From an uncultured Alcaligenaceae bacterium (lineage in GTDB: Bacteria; Pseudomonadota; Gammaproteobacteria; Burkholderiales; Burkholderiaceae_B): a stretch of 64,000 bases of DNA. The translations under genes were made by a program, and so were the position numbers. Every line of letters starts with the position of its first letter. Within the stretch, counting starts at the first letter, position 1. The stretch covers positions 425 to 64,424 of the forward strand of contig CALFXX010000122.1 in NCBI GenBank assembly GCA_937952975.1. The letters run 5' to 3'. The notes under the pieces were generated by a model. It was not told the DNA's origin. It worked only from the letters and a program-made list of their open reading frames with translations, and did no database searches. Positions 48,930 through 58,163 of the stretch are shown here, piece after piece.

Positions 48930-50063
48930 TTAGGCGGTTTTAAGCATCGCTTCATAATCCTCGTACACCCTGAACGCCATCTGATGCTCGGCGCATAAGC
49001 GTTTTTCAAAGCCGCGAATTTCGTCGGTGATGCCAACGCCTCGAAACCCACCGCGCAACGCTTGCGCATCGACATCTTTGTAAGCAATGCGCCATGCTTC
49101 GGGTAATGCCTGAGCCTGAGGTAAAGATAGCCATAGTCTTAACAAGTGACGGCGACGCTCGGGCTCGGGGTAGTCTTCGTATTCAGTGCGCGCGTGCAAG
49201 GTGACGTGATTATTCACAAACTGAAAATCACCCGGCTCAAGCTCCATATGAAAACAAATATCGGGCCGTGCCAGCAAGGCATCAAACATATCCAACGCCT
49301 CGGTTTGCTGAGCGGTTAAACGCGGCACATCTTCAAACGTGATTTGTGCGCCCGTGATGTGATTACGAATATGACGACACGCAAAGCGACCATTTTTTTC
49401 GCCCACGATTGAGGCCAAATAATACGGGGGCTCTTCGGCTGCGTGCTCACCCTGGCGACTGAAATAAAACGGCTGCGTTAACACCACCGCCAAATCGGGG
49501 CGTTGTTTTTTCAGCTCTGTGTATGCAGTCAAAGAACTCGACAACAAACTTGTGCCGCCGTTTTTTGCAGTTTGCAGACACATTAAGCCAACGATGTCGC
49601 TACCATCTGCATGAAAATCTAATTTTGAATTCGTGTTGTAGCCGCGCCCAGTGCCGCCGCGGTAAGTGCCGCCTGTGTTGGTCACATCAGACACGTACTG
49701 ACTTTGCTTGCCTTGCGGCCTTGGCACACCACAACATAAGCCTAAACACCAGAACAAGGTGCGCAATTCTGCCTTACTCCAGTTAGCCACCGGAAAGCCG
49801 CGCACCAGGCACAAGCCGTAACGGGTTTGTGTCGCTTGCATGACTTCAGTGAGTAGCGCACGTGTGCAATCGGTCAGCTCAAAGTCAGCCGCAGAGAATT
49901 CAAATTCTGTTTTACCTAACGCAAGCACCTTTCGCAAACTCGTTTCAAGATCGGTGATCTCGTGCGCGGTAAGCGGGCGAATCCAAGAAGAGTCTTGCTC
50001 AAGCTCGGCCCGCACCCAACCTTTAGGTGCGGGTTGTTCGTTCGACAACTTTACAACTGACAT
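48930..50063 (-). CDS. TauD/TfdA family Fe(II)/2-oxoglutarate dioxygenase (gamma-butyrobetaine-hydroxylase-like)
   Basis: LDFHADGSD (HxD), NNHVTLHAR (distal His) and the 377-aa length. Family-level call only. Confidence 0.7.
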   Translation of the reverse strand: MSVVKLSNEQPAPKGWVRAELEQDSSWIRPLTAHEITDLETSLRKVLALGKTEFEFSAADFELTDCTRALLTEVMQATQTRYGLCLVRGFPVANWSKAELRTLFWCLGLCCGVPRPQGKQSQYVSDVTNTGGTYRGGTGRGYNTNSKLDFHADGSDIVGLMCLQTAKNGGTSLLSSSLTAYTELKKQRPDLAVVLTQPFYFSRQGEHAAEEPPYYLASIVGEKNGRFACRHIRNHITGAQITFEDVPRLTAQQTEALDMFDALLARPDICFHMELEPGDFQFVNNHVTLHARTEYEDYPEPERRRHLLRLWLSLPQAQALPEAWRIAYKDVDAQALRGGFRGVGITDEIRGFEKRLCAEHQMAFRVYEDYEAMLKTA

Positions 50064-50255
50064 CTTTGCTCCTGCTAATGCGACTGTGTATATGTAATTT
50101 TTTCTTTAGGTGCTGGGTGGCAACCCGCTGGGACACATGTCCATATCAACAAGACATCCCCACGCAGCGACCTCGATCCATTTCAATCAGCAATCTTGCC
50201 AACGCGAAGCCACTGAACCTTCATCAGCGGCCCGCTAGTCATTCTCCTTGCTCAC

Positions 50256-51254
50256 TCAATCGCCTTGCAAATTGATCTTCTTTGCCAGATCTTGCAAAAA
50301 CGCGGCTTCTTTTTTAATGCGCTCGTTAAACTCATCCACAGGCTGCGCAACAGGCCACGCCGCTTGATCGGCTAACGCAGCTTTCATATCGGGCGACATC
50401 GCAACCTGATGCACGGCTTTTTGCATGGCATTCAAAATTGCCTTGGGTGTTTTTGACGGGGCATACATCGCGTAGCTTTGCGTGATTTCAAAATCTTTAA
50501 CGCCCGCCTCTTGCATCGTCGGCACGTTCGGGACAGCCGCTGAGCGTTGCGCGCTGGTTACAGCGAGTGGCGTCAGCCGACCGCTATCCAAAAAATTACG
50601 TGCCGTCAAAATGCTGGTCACACCAACGGTTGTGACGCCAGACACCACATCGGTCATCAAGGGCGCACCGCCTTTGTACGACACACTGACCATATCTAGC
50701 TTTTCAGAGTTGGCATACATGGCACCGACTAGCTTAGTCATGTTTTCTGAGCTGCCGTATGAATAGGTGCCGGTCTTGGCCCGCATCGCCTGGGTAAACT
50801 CGGCCATGGTTTTGGCCGGAAACTGTGACGAGGTCACAAAAATCAACGGCGAGTCAGCCACCACGGTCACGCCAATCAAATCTTTGAACGTGTCGTACGG
50901 CATGTTCTTGGTAACGATCGGGTTAATCAGATGGGTCGACACCACCACTACGTAGGTATGCCCATCGGGCTCGGATTTTGCGACCAGGTCTGTACCAATA
51001 ATGCCGTTTGCCCCAGGCTTGTTTTCAACGATGACGCTCTGTTTGAGCACGGGCCCTAAGCCTTGGGCCAAGCGCCGCGAAATAATATCGGTACCGCCAC
51101 CGGGTGAATATGGCACGATGATGCGCACGGTCTTTGAGGGCCAGTCTGCGGTTTGCGCCTGCGCGGTGGCGCCAAGGCCGGTAACGATACTGAGCACCAC
51201 CAAATTCAGAGCAAAAGCCCGAGCGACACCTGGCTGGCCTGTTTTTTTAATCAT
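50256..51254 (-). CDS. Bug-family (TctC-like) tripartite tricarboxylate transporter periplasmic substrate-binding protein
   Basis: WPSKTVRIIVPYSPGGGTDIISR is the Bug family hallmark. I moved the start to the ATG at 51254 (MIKKTGQ..), giving a signal peptide LVVLSIVTGLGATAQAQ. The 75-aa upstream extension in the track looks non-coding. Confidence 0.8.
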   Translation of the reverse strand: MIKKTGQPGVARAFALNLVVLSIVTGLGATAQAQTADWPSKTVRIIVPYSPGGGTDIISRRLAQGLGPVLKQSVIVENKPGANGIIGTDLVAKSEPDGHTYVVVVSTHLINPIVTKNMPYDTFKDLIGVTVVADSPLIFVTSSQFPAKTMAEFTQAMRAKTGTYSYGSSENMTKLVGAMYANSEKLDMVSVSYKGGAPLMTDVVSGVTTVGVTSILTARNFLDSGRLTPLAVTSAQRSAAVPNVPTMQEAGVKDFEITQSYAMYAPSKTPKAILNAMQKAVHQVAMSPDMKAALADQAAWPVAQPVDEFNERIKKEAAFLQDLAKKINLQGD

Positions 51255-51397
51255 TTCAGCACCCTGTGCGATTGTTTTCACTTCAGTCTCCTGTGCATGC
51301 AGCGCCGGCTGCTTATCGTTAAGGGTTATTGTCCACGAAGTCGCGCCCCTCGGGAGTGCTATCCTTGCTGTATTAGCGTTAACCCCTAAGTTGCCCA

Positions 51398-52876
51398 ATG
51401 CAGCAGCACCCCGATCCAACGAAAACGCCGGCACCTTCAAACCTAAGCGATTCGCCCCCAGTAGCCGCAGCGGCTTCACCAGCCTCGGCCCCTGCCGGGC
51501 AAGCTGCGCCGAAGTCGCGCCGAGAGTTGTTGCTGGCGATGTCTGGCATTGCAGCTTCGGCCGTGGTGGTGGCGTTTGACTCGACCATTGTGAGTACCTC
51601 GTTACCTAAAGTGGCGCAGGCGCTTAATGGGCTGGCTGTCTATGCTTGGGTCGGAACGGGGTATTTTTTAGCCTCAGCCGTCAGCATCATGATTTTTGGG
51701 CGCCTCGGTGACTTGTATGGCCGCAAACCTTTGCTGCTCACCGCGTTAGCCATCGTCACGATCGCTTCGGTACTGTGCGGGGTGGCGCAAACCATGGGGC
51801 AACTGATTTGCTTCAGGGTTTTTCAAGGTTTGGGTGGCGGCATGATGATGGCTACCGCCTTTGCCGCGCCCGCTGATCTGTTTCCGGATCCGCGCGTGCG
51901 GGTGCGCTGGATGGTCTTAATCTCGTCGAGTTTTGCCGTGGCAAGCGGTTTAGGGCCCGTGCTTGGTGGCGCGGTGACCGAAGCCTTGGGTTGGCGGGCG
52001 GCTTTTTTCATAACTCCGGTGGCTGCGTTGACAGCCCTCTACTCGATCTGGCGGTTTTTTCCGGCCATGCGCTCAACGCGCACAAGTACGCCAACGCTAG
52101 ATTGGCTGGGCGCCTTTGTGCTTGCGATTGCAGTGGGTGCGCCCCTGACGGGTATCGGACGACTGTCTGCAGCGACCACGGGCCCTGAGCAACTTTGGGC
52201 ACTTGGCGTCATCGCCTTAGGCCTTGCGGCCGTGGCCCTGTTGATCCCAGTAGAGCGACGTGCAACTACGCCGATTTTTCCGTTACGGATTTTGCGCGCG
52301 CGCGAGGCAAAACTGCTGAACTTAGCCGGCGTCATGGCGGGCGCCGTAATGTTTATTTTGATTTTTTATATGCCCTTGCTGCTGCAAGATGAATTTAATT
52401 TTTCACCCACCTACGCGGGTCTGCTGTTAACGCCCTTGGTTGCGGTCATGCCCTTAGGCAGCATCATCAATGGGCGTTTGTTTCCGCGCCAAAGCGAACC
52501 TGCACGCCTGATGATTTTTGGAAGTGTATTGCTTGGAGTTGGGTGCTTGCTCACCCAAACGTTTTCAGCCAATAGCCCGGCCTGGTGGATTGTGCTGACG
52601 ATGTCGATCTGCGGCGCTGGGCTCGGATTTTTGTTACCAAATTTCACACTGTTTATGCAGATGTTGGCCGAGCAACGTGATGTCGGGGTGGCCTCTGCCT
52701 TGATCCAGACGACCCGCGCCTTTGGCGGGGCGGTCGGGACAGCCTTAGTTGGAATCGCTGTCGCAAAGATTTCAGTCACACTGGGCGTTCGCTTTGGCTT
52801 GGTGTTTTGCGTGATTTTGTGCGGCATGATCGGCTGGGTTTGCTCACAAATTCACATGAAAAACGTCGCCAGATAG
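51398..52876 (+). CDS. MFS transporter, DHA2 (EmrB/QacA-like, 14-TMS) type
   Basis: VAFDSTIVSTSLPKVAQAL, GRLGDLYGRKPLL and VFQGLGGG are DHA2 motifs. A Pro/Ala-rich ~45-aa N-terminal leader leaves the start uncertain. Confidence 0.8.
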   Translation: MQQHPDPTKTPAPSNLSDSPPVAAAASPASAPAGQAAPKSRRELLLAMSGIAASAVVVAFDSTIVSTSLPKVAQALNGLAVYAWVGTGYFLASAVSIMIFGRLGDLYGRKPLLLTALAIVTIASVLCGVAQTMGQLICFRVFQGLGGGMMMATAFAAPADLFPDPRVRVRWMVLISSSFAVASGLGPVLGGAVTEALGWRAAFFITPVAALTALYSIWRFFPAMRSTRTSTPTLDWLGAFVLAIAVGAPLTGIGRLSAATTGPEQLWALGVIALGLAAVALLIPVERRATTPIFPLRILRAREAKLLNLAGVMAGAVMFILIFYMPLLLQDEFNFSPTYAGLLLTPLVAVMPLGSIINGRLFPRQSEPARLMIFGSVLLGVGCLLTQTFSANSPAWWIVLTMSICGAGLGFLLPNFTLFMQMLAEQRDVGVASALIQTTRAFGGAVGTALVGIAVAKISVTLGVRFGLVFCVILCGMIGWVCSQIHMKNVAR

Positions 52877-52916
52877 GCTAGTATCAAGTCCTTAGCTCTC
52901 TACAAAATACTCAGGC

Positions 52917-54218
52917 ATGCCTTTGACTGCATTGATCGACTCTTCTCTCAAACAACGCCTCGATTCTTTTTTGGTGACCGGGTTACTTGCAACGATGCCC
53001 ATCGCCATGCTGACCGATCTTGGGCAAGCAAGCACGGTGTTTTATATCCTCGCCGTCATTTGCATGTCGATTTTTTTCTCTCGGGCTGGTGGCGTGCGCG
53101 CCACGCTGGATGACCTGAAAGGCTATAAGCCTCTGGCGATGGCATTATTCTTTTCGCTAATCATGATTGCAGTCGCAGCCCTTCGAAGCGACAAGCGTCT
53201 GGATAACGAAATTGAACGCGCCTTACGCATTAGCGTGGGTACCTTTGTAGTACTCGGTGCATGCTTATCTCTCATCCCTCAGTGGTTACGGCAGGCCACT
53301 TGGGGCATGGTGGTCGTCAGCTGGGTGGCGACGGGTTACGCCGCCTGGTTTTCGTGGCCAAGCTTCAGGCGCCCGCTTGAGGTGCCGCAATACAACGCCG
53401 TATCATACGGCGACTTGCTACTGCTGATGACGGTGCTTGCGACGTTTTCAATCGGCTGGCGCCTCACGCGTTTTAGAAAAACTGAAATCGCCTTCAAGCT
53501 ACTCACCCTGTTGGTGGGGCTCATTGGCTTTATCACCACGCAAACCCGTGGCGGTTGGTTGGCTGTACCCTTTTTCATCGTGATTGGGCTAGCGCTATGG
53601 GGCGGCAAGGTGCACCCTCGAAAACTGATTCTGCCTGCCTTATTGGCTGTTTTTCTTGCCACCGCGGCCTTTGCTTCGAGCTCGATCATGCGGCAGCGCT
53701 TTCAAGACACCTTCATAAAAACCGTCGAATGCATTAATAATCCATTGGCGATCTCATCCGAATGTGGTCGGATACAGTTGGCGCATGCGGCCTGGTTGAT
53801 GTTTAAAGCTGACCCGCTCTTTGGTAATGGCGCGACGAATCGCTTTGGACCACAGCTAGAGAATTACTGGCGCCAAGGCATTATTTCAGACTTTACACAT
53901 AGCCAAGAATTTGACGAGCCGCACAACGACATGCTTTTTAGTATGGCGAGTCATGGCGTGTTCGGCTTGTTAGCCTTGCTCTTGATTTATGCGGTACCGG
54001 GCTGGATCTTTTTTCGCCGCCTTGGGGTGCGTGTCGCGCAACCCGCTCGCGTGGCTGCCGCCATGGGGTTAGTTTTGTGCGTTGGTTTTTTTGTCTTTGG
54101 CTGGACTGAACTGATCTTACGCGGCATTCGCACGCTAGGTTTTTACGCCGTAGCCATGGCATGGCTTTTGGCCTTGTCGGACGAGCGTTTTTTAACGCGA
54201 AGTGAAGGCGCGAGTTAA
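52917..54218 (+). CDS. O-antigen ligase (WaaL) / Wzy_C family membrane protein
   Basis: TQTRGGWLAVPFFIVIG and EPHNDMLFSMASHGVFGLLALLLIY match the Wzy_C pattern. At 433 aa it is WaaL-sized. Confidence 0.72.
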   Translation: MPLTALIDSSLKQRLDSFLVTGLLATMPIAMLTDLGQASTVFYILAVICMSIFFSRAGGVRATLDDLKGYKPLAMALFFSLIMIAVAALRSDKRLDNEIERALRISVGTFVVLGACLSLIPQWLRQATWGMVVVSWVATGYAAWFSWPSFRRPLEVPQYNAVSYGDLLLLMTVLATFSIGWRLTRFRKTEIAFKLLTLLVGLIGFITTQTRGGWLAVPFFIVIGLALWGGKVHPRKLILPALLAVFLATAAFASSSIMRQRFQDTFIKTVECINNPLAISSECGRIQLAHAAWLMFKADPLFGNGATNRFGPQLENYWRQGIISDFTHSQEFDEPHNDMLFSMASHGVFGLLALLLIYAVPGWIFFRRLGVRVAQPARVAAAMGLVLCVGFFVFGWTELILRGIRTLGFYAVAMAWLLALSDERFLTRSEGAS

Positions 54219-54220
54219 AT

Positions 54221-55225
54221 TTAAAATTGCTGCGTTTGCTGCTGAAACCGCCAGCTACTTTCGCACATGTCTTTTAAATCACGCGAAGCACGCCACCCTA
54301 GTTGCTGTGCTGAAAAATCAACACTGGCATAACAACTTGAGATATCGCCTGTGCGGCGCGGGGCCACGCTAAAGGGCACCGACTTACCACATGCGGCCTC
54401 AAAAGCCTTCACCATTTCAAGCACACTATAGCCACGACCGGTGCCGAGGTTAAACGTATGCACGCCGCTGTGTTGGGTTAAAAAATTAAGCGCGGCGAGA
54501 TGGCCTTCGGCTAAATCCATCACGTGAATATAGTCGCGCACGCCAGTGCCGTCTGGGGTATCGTAATCGTTGCCAAAGACCTTCAGTTGCGGCAATTTGC
54601 CTACAGCCACTTGCGCGATAAACGGCATCAAATTGTTGGGGATACCGTTTGGATTTTCACCGATCAAGCCCGAAGGGTGCGCACCCACTGGGTTGAAATA
54701 TCGAAGCGCGGCAATATGCCATGAAGGGTCGGACGCACTGAGATCTGACAGGATCTCTTCGATGTGCAACTTACTACGCCCGTAAGGGTTGGTCGCACTT
54801 GTAGGATGCGCTTCGTCAATCGGCAAATATTTGGGGTCGCCGTACACCGTAGCACTTGAGCTAAACACGAGCGTTTTGCACTGCGCCGCCTGCATGGCCT
54901 GCAACAGGCTGATCGCGCCTTGTACGTTATTGGCGTAATACTCAACCGGCATTGACACCGATTCACCCACGGCTTTGAGGCCAGCAAAGTGGATCACAGC
55001 GTTGATCTGTTGCTCGGTCAGTGTGCGCTGCAGTAACGCAGTATCGCGCACGTCGCCTTCGATGGTTGTGACCGGCGCACCCAAGATTTGCTCAAGCCGC
55101 TTGAGTGCACCACGATCACTGTTGCTGAAGTTATCGAAGATGACAACGCGATGGCCGGCCTCAGACAACGCCACGGCTGTATGGTTGCCTATGTAGCCAG
55201 CGCCACCGGTTAATAAAACATTCAT
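54221..55225 (-). CDS. galE: UDP-glucose 4-epimerase
   Basis: MNVLLTGGAGYIGNH, SSSATVYG, YGRSKLHIE (YxxxK), NPVGAH and DGTGVRDYIHVMDLA. Confidence 0.9.
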   Translation of the reverse strand: MNVLLTGGAGYIGNHTAVALSEAGHRVVIFDNFSNSDRGALKRLEQILGAPVTTIEGDVRDTALLQRTLTEQQINAVIHFAGLKAVGESVSMPVEYYANNVQGAISLLQAMQAAQCKTLVFSSSATVYGDPKYLPIDEAHPTSATNPYGRSKLHIEEILSDLSASDPSWHIAALRYFNPVGAHPSGLIGENPNGIPNNLMPFIAQVAVGKLPQLKVFGNDYDTPDGTGVRDYIHVMDLAEGHLAALNFLTQHSGVHTFNLGTGRGYSVLEMVKAFEAACGKSVPFSVAPRRTGDISSCYASVDFSAQQLGWRASRDLKDMCESSWRFQQQTQQF

Positions 55226-55496
55226 CTTGTATTGGCAAGGCGCATCAAACGCCTGCTTTAAAAAATCTTTGAATCACCATACTAACCGCCCCAGAGCGGT
55301 TATAACAAGCAGAGTACCTCGCAATACGGCGCAAGGCACTATTAGGAAACGCAAAGCAGTCAAGTACCTGGTTACTTCTACTAACAATTCGACTTGTGTC
55401 GTTTTTTGACTTTTGGGGGTGCCGAGGGATTGAATTGCGCGCAGGCATGCCGCAGACTCTCTGTATCGGCGCCGAGGGCGCCTTACTCATCCGAGC

Positions 55497-55979
55497 ATGA
55501 CCGCTATGCACCGCTTTAATACGCTAACTTACTGCCAAGACCTTGAACGTGCCGGTATGCCAAGGCAGCTCGCCGAAGTGCAAGCCCAGGCTTTAAATGC
55601 GGCACTCGACCACTCGGTTCATGACTTTGCGACTAAAACTGATCTAGCACAGGGCCTAGCCGCCTTAGACAAAGAAATTCGCCTAACTAAAAGCGAACTG
55701 TCTGCTGCTGTCATTACCCTCGAGAGAAATATCCACGAAACCAAAAGTGATCTTTCGGGTGCCGTCACAACTCTCGAAAAGAAGATAGTTGAATCTGAAG
55801 CTCGACTTGAAAAAGAGATTCACCGCTCAATCGCGCCAATTGAAAAGGATATCTCAAATTTTTACGCAGACAACAAAATTTTTAAGTGGTGCTTTGGAAT
55901 CATGATTCCACTTTTACTGACGCTGATGATTCCAGTGGTGCAAGGTTTGTATAAACAATTCGTGCTTGGACAAGGTTAA
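55497..55979 (+). CDS. Coiled-coil protein with C-terminal TM anchor (DUF1640-like)
   Basis: FNTLTYCQDLERAGMPRQLAEVQAQAL..FATKTDL resembles DUF1640 openings. Two tandem 18-aa units are followed by the hydrophobic tail WCFGIMIPLLLTLMIPVV. Confidence 0.6.
   Translation: MTAMHRFNTLTYCQDLERAGMPRQLAEVQAQALNAALDHSVHDFATKTDLAQGLAALDKEIRLTKSELSAAVITLERNIHETKSDLSGAVTTLEKKIVESEARLEKEIHRSIAPIEKDISNFYADNKIFKWCFGIMIPLLLTLMIPVVQGLYKQFVLGQG
55686..55793 (+). repeat. Tandem 54-nt (18-aa) duplication inside the coiled-coil CDS
   Basis: Unit 1 is TKSELSAAVITLERNIHE (55686-55739). Unit 2 is TKSDLSGAVTTLEKKIVE (55740-55793). They are in frame and diverged. Confidence 0.6.
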
Positions 55980-55982
55980 GCC

Positions 55983-57200
55983 GTGCCTTTAATTCATCCG
56001 CACCTACGCTTTAAAACTAGCAATGCCATCACCTTGCTCGAAAACGGTGTGCAGTTGTTTCCGGTACTTTGTGAAGCCTTTGACCGGGCCATACGCAGCA
56101 TTCAAGTTGAAACGTATATCTTTCGGTTGGATACCGCTGGCGCCAAGATTTTGCACCATTTAAAGTTGGCGGCGCTGCGCGGCGTCAGGGTACGGGTCAT
56201 GCTAGATGGGTTTGGGAGTGCTCAAGACGAACAGGCCATTCAAAGTGAGCTGCAGTCGGTCGGCGCGCAGTGCCGCGTTTATCGCCCAGAGCCCAGAGAA
56301 TTTACGCTTAAGTCTTTTGACTTTAAACGTCTGCGACGTCTGCACCGAAAAATCGTGGTGGTAGATTCGCGCTTAGCCTTTATCGGCGGTATCAATTTTG
56401 AAGACGACTATTTGACGCATGAGCCTCTTAAACATGTGGGCGACCCTCGCTTTGATTACGCGGTTCAAGTCACTGGGCCGCTGGTTGCCGAAGCGGTACA
56501 TGCGCAAGATCTACTTTGGCTGCGCCTAAACTGGCGGCTCTTACTCAGGGCGCCTCGCACTTGGCGCCATCTACGCTTCAGACATCAACGCCACCGTGGT
56601 GCGCTACATCCCGCTGCGGGCACCGCCCACGCCGCGTTGGTGTTGCGTGACAATCTGCGCTATCGCAAGTCAATAGAGACCGTCTACCTTGAGGGCATTA
56701 CACACGCACAAGAAACGATCATCATCGCCAACGCGTATTTTTTACCTGGCCGAAAACTACGTCACGCCCTCATCAATGCCGCGCAACGCGGCGTCAAGGT
56801 CAAGCTACTTCTGCAGGGCAAAATTGAATACCGCATGCAGTATCACGCCACACGCTGGATCTATGATCAGTTTTTGCGAGCCGGTATTGAAATCTATGAA
56901 TATCTACCGAGTTTTTTACATGCAAAAGTAGCCGTACTGGATCAGATTTCAACTGTTGGGTCCTCAAACCTCGATCCCTTTAGCCTATTACTTGCACGCG
57001 AAGCGAATGTCGTCATTGATGATGCCGCTTTTACGCATACGCTGCGCGAGTCGCTTGAAGCGGCAATCGTGCACGGCAGCAAAGTGATTGAACACACGCT
57101 GTACGCGCAGCGGCCTATGCTGACGCGCCTGACTGACGGTTTGGCGTACTTGCTCTTGAGAGTCGGGGTTGCCTTAACGGGTAAGAGCAGCGACTACTAA
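55983..57200 (+). CDS. clsB: Phospholipase D-family cardiolipin synthase, ClsB-like (no N-terminal TM)
   Basis: There are two HKD motifs: LHRKIVVVDSRLAFIGGINF and LHAKVAVLDQISTVGSSNLD. 405 aa with a GTG start. Confidence 0.82.
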   Translation: MPLIHPHLRFKTSNAITLLENGVQLFPVLCEAFDRAIRSIQVETYIFRLDTAGAKILHHLKLAALRGVRVRVMLDGFGSAQDEQAIQSELQSVGAQCRVYRPEPREFTLKSFDFKRLRRLHRKIVVVDSRLAFIGGINFEDDYLTHEPLKHVGDPRFDYAVQVTGPLVAEAVHAQDLLWLRLNWRLLLRAPRTWRHLRFRHQRHRGALHPAAGTAHAALVLRDNLRYRKSIETVYLEGITHAQETIIIANAYFLPGRKLRHALINAAQRGVKVKLLLQGKIEYRMQYHATRWIYDQFLRAGIEIYEYLPSFLHAKVAVLDQISTVGSSNLDPFSLLLAREANVVIDDAAFTHTLRESLEAAIVHGSKVIEHTLYAQRPMLTRLTDGLAYLLLRVGVALTGKSSDY

Positions 57201-57203
57201 TAT

Positions 57204-58079
57204 CTACGGCAACTCAAGCTCAGCAAAGATCGGTGCATGATCCGATAACTGTGACCATGGCCGGCCACGCAATACGCGGGCATTACGCACCGCAAAGCCG
57301 CGTTGATAGATACGATCAAGGCGCAACCACGGAAACGCACTCGGAAACGTACGCGGCGGTGGTGTCGGGCTGTAGGCGCCCTCCATCGACAACTGGTTTT
57401 TGCGCTGCGCCTCGCGGCGAAACAAACTCGCACGAATCTCTAACGGGCTATCACCGCGCCAAACACCGCGCAATTGATGCATTGATTCGCGCAGCTTGGG
57501 CATCACACCCTGAGTACGCGGTGCATTGGCAAACACTTCATAGACGCCAAGTTGCCTCACAAACAAGGGCGCCAGGCGATTGTTCCAGTCATTAAAATCG
57601 CCCGCAATCAATATCGGGGCATCGTCTGGCACCATCCGCTTGATGCGCTCAGCCATCACTTCGATCTGGCGCACACGACCGCCCGCAAACAAACCTAAAT
57701 GCACCACAAAGCAATGCACCTCGCGCTCGTTGACCTTAATCACGCCATGCAACAAGCCGCGCTGCTCTAAGCGGTGATCTGAAATATCTTGATTTTCAAA
57801 GCTCACGATTGAATGACGCGACAGCAAAGCGTTGCCGTGATCACTTTGGCTTTTGATGGCGTTGCAACCGTAGGCGACTTCCATATGCAGGGCTGCCGCC
57901 AACGACTCGTGTTGGGCGTGCAAACGACCATGAAGGTCGTTGCGCCCCTGCACCTCTTGCAAAAATAATAAATCGGGTCGCAGGCCGTGCAACCCGAGTC
58001 GCAAATCCATCATTGAGTCGCGCCCCGCAAGAGAGCGACCTTTGTGGATGTTATAGCTGACGACTCGTAGCAACGACAT
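57204..58079 (-). CDS. Endonuclease/exonuclease/phosphatase (EEP) family protein, YbhP-like
   Basis: VVSYNIHKG, LFLQEV, GDFNDW and SDHAP are EEP catalytic motifs. Confidence 0.8.
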   Translation of the reverse strand: MSLLRVVSYNIHKGRSLAGRDSMMDLRLGLHGLRPDLLFLQEVQGRNDLHGRLHAQHESLAAALHMEVAYGCNAIKSQSDHGNALLSRHSIVSFENQDISDHRLEQRGLLHGVIKVNEREVHCFVVHLGLFAGGRVRQIEVMAERIKRMVPDDAPILIAGDFNDWNNRLAPLFVRQLGVYEVFANAPRTQGVMPKLRESMHQLRGVWRGDSPLEIRASLFRREAQRKNQLSMEGAYSPTPPPRTFPSAFPWLRLDRIYQRGFAVRNARVLRGRPWSQLSDHAPIFAELELP

Positions 58080-58163
58080 TGTGGTCGATGCTGCCGCGTG
58101 CGGCAGACATCGCCTATTTAGTGTTTAAGCGAGTAACTTATCATCAAATGTATGACAAACGTT

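Noticed and set aside
50256-51479. Track ORF giving a 407-aa Bug-family protein with a 75-aa N-terminal extension
   Set aside because: The extension (MKPLRLLGANRLGLK...) has no signal-peptide or family character. The internal ATG at 51254 gives a normal signal peptide followed by the Bug hallmark motif. The extension would also run into the divergent MFS gene region.
51001-51579. Long antisense or alternative-frame ORFs: 51001-51579 (192 aa), 20969-21457 (162 aa), 10049-10558 (169 aa), 18158-18604 (148 aa), 33284-33736 (150 aa) and 41943-42395 (150 aa)
   Set aside because: All lie fully inside strongly supported genes on the other strand or in another frame. Their composition is Ala/Arg/Pro/Ser-rich, typical of shadow ORFs in GC-rich coding DNA, and they show no family motifs.
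58091-58106. Hairpin ctgccg-cgtg-cggcag downstream of aspS as an intrinsic terminator
   Set aside because: The stem is only 6 bp and neither strand has a following U-run, so it is not convincing as a Rho-independent terminator.
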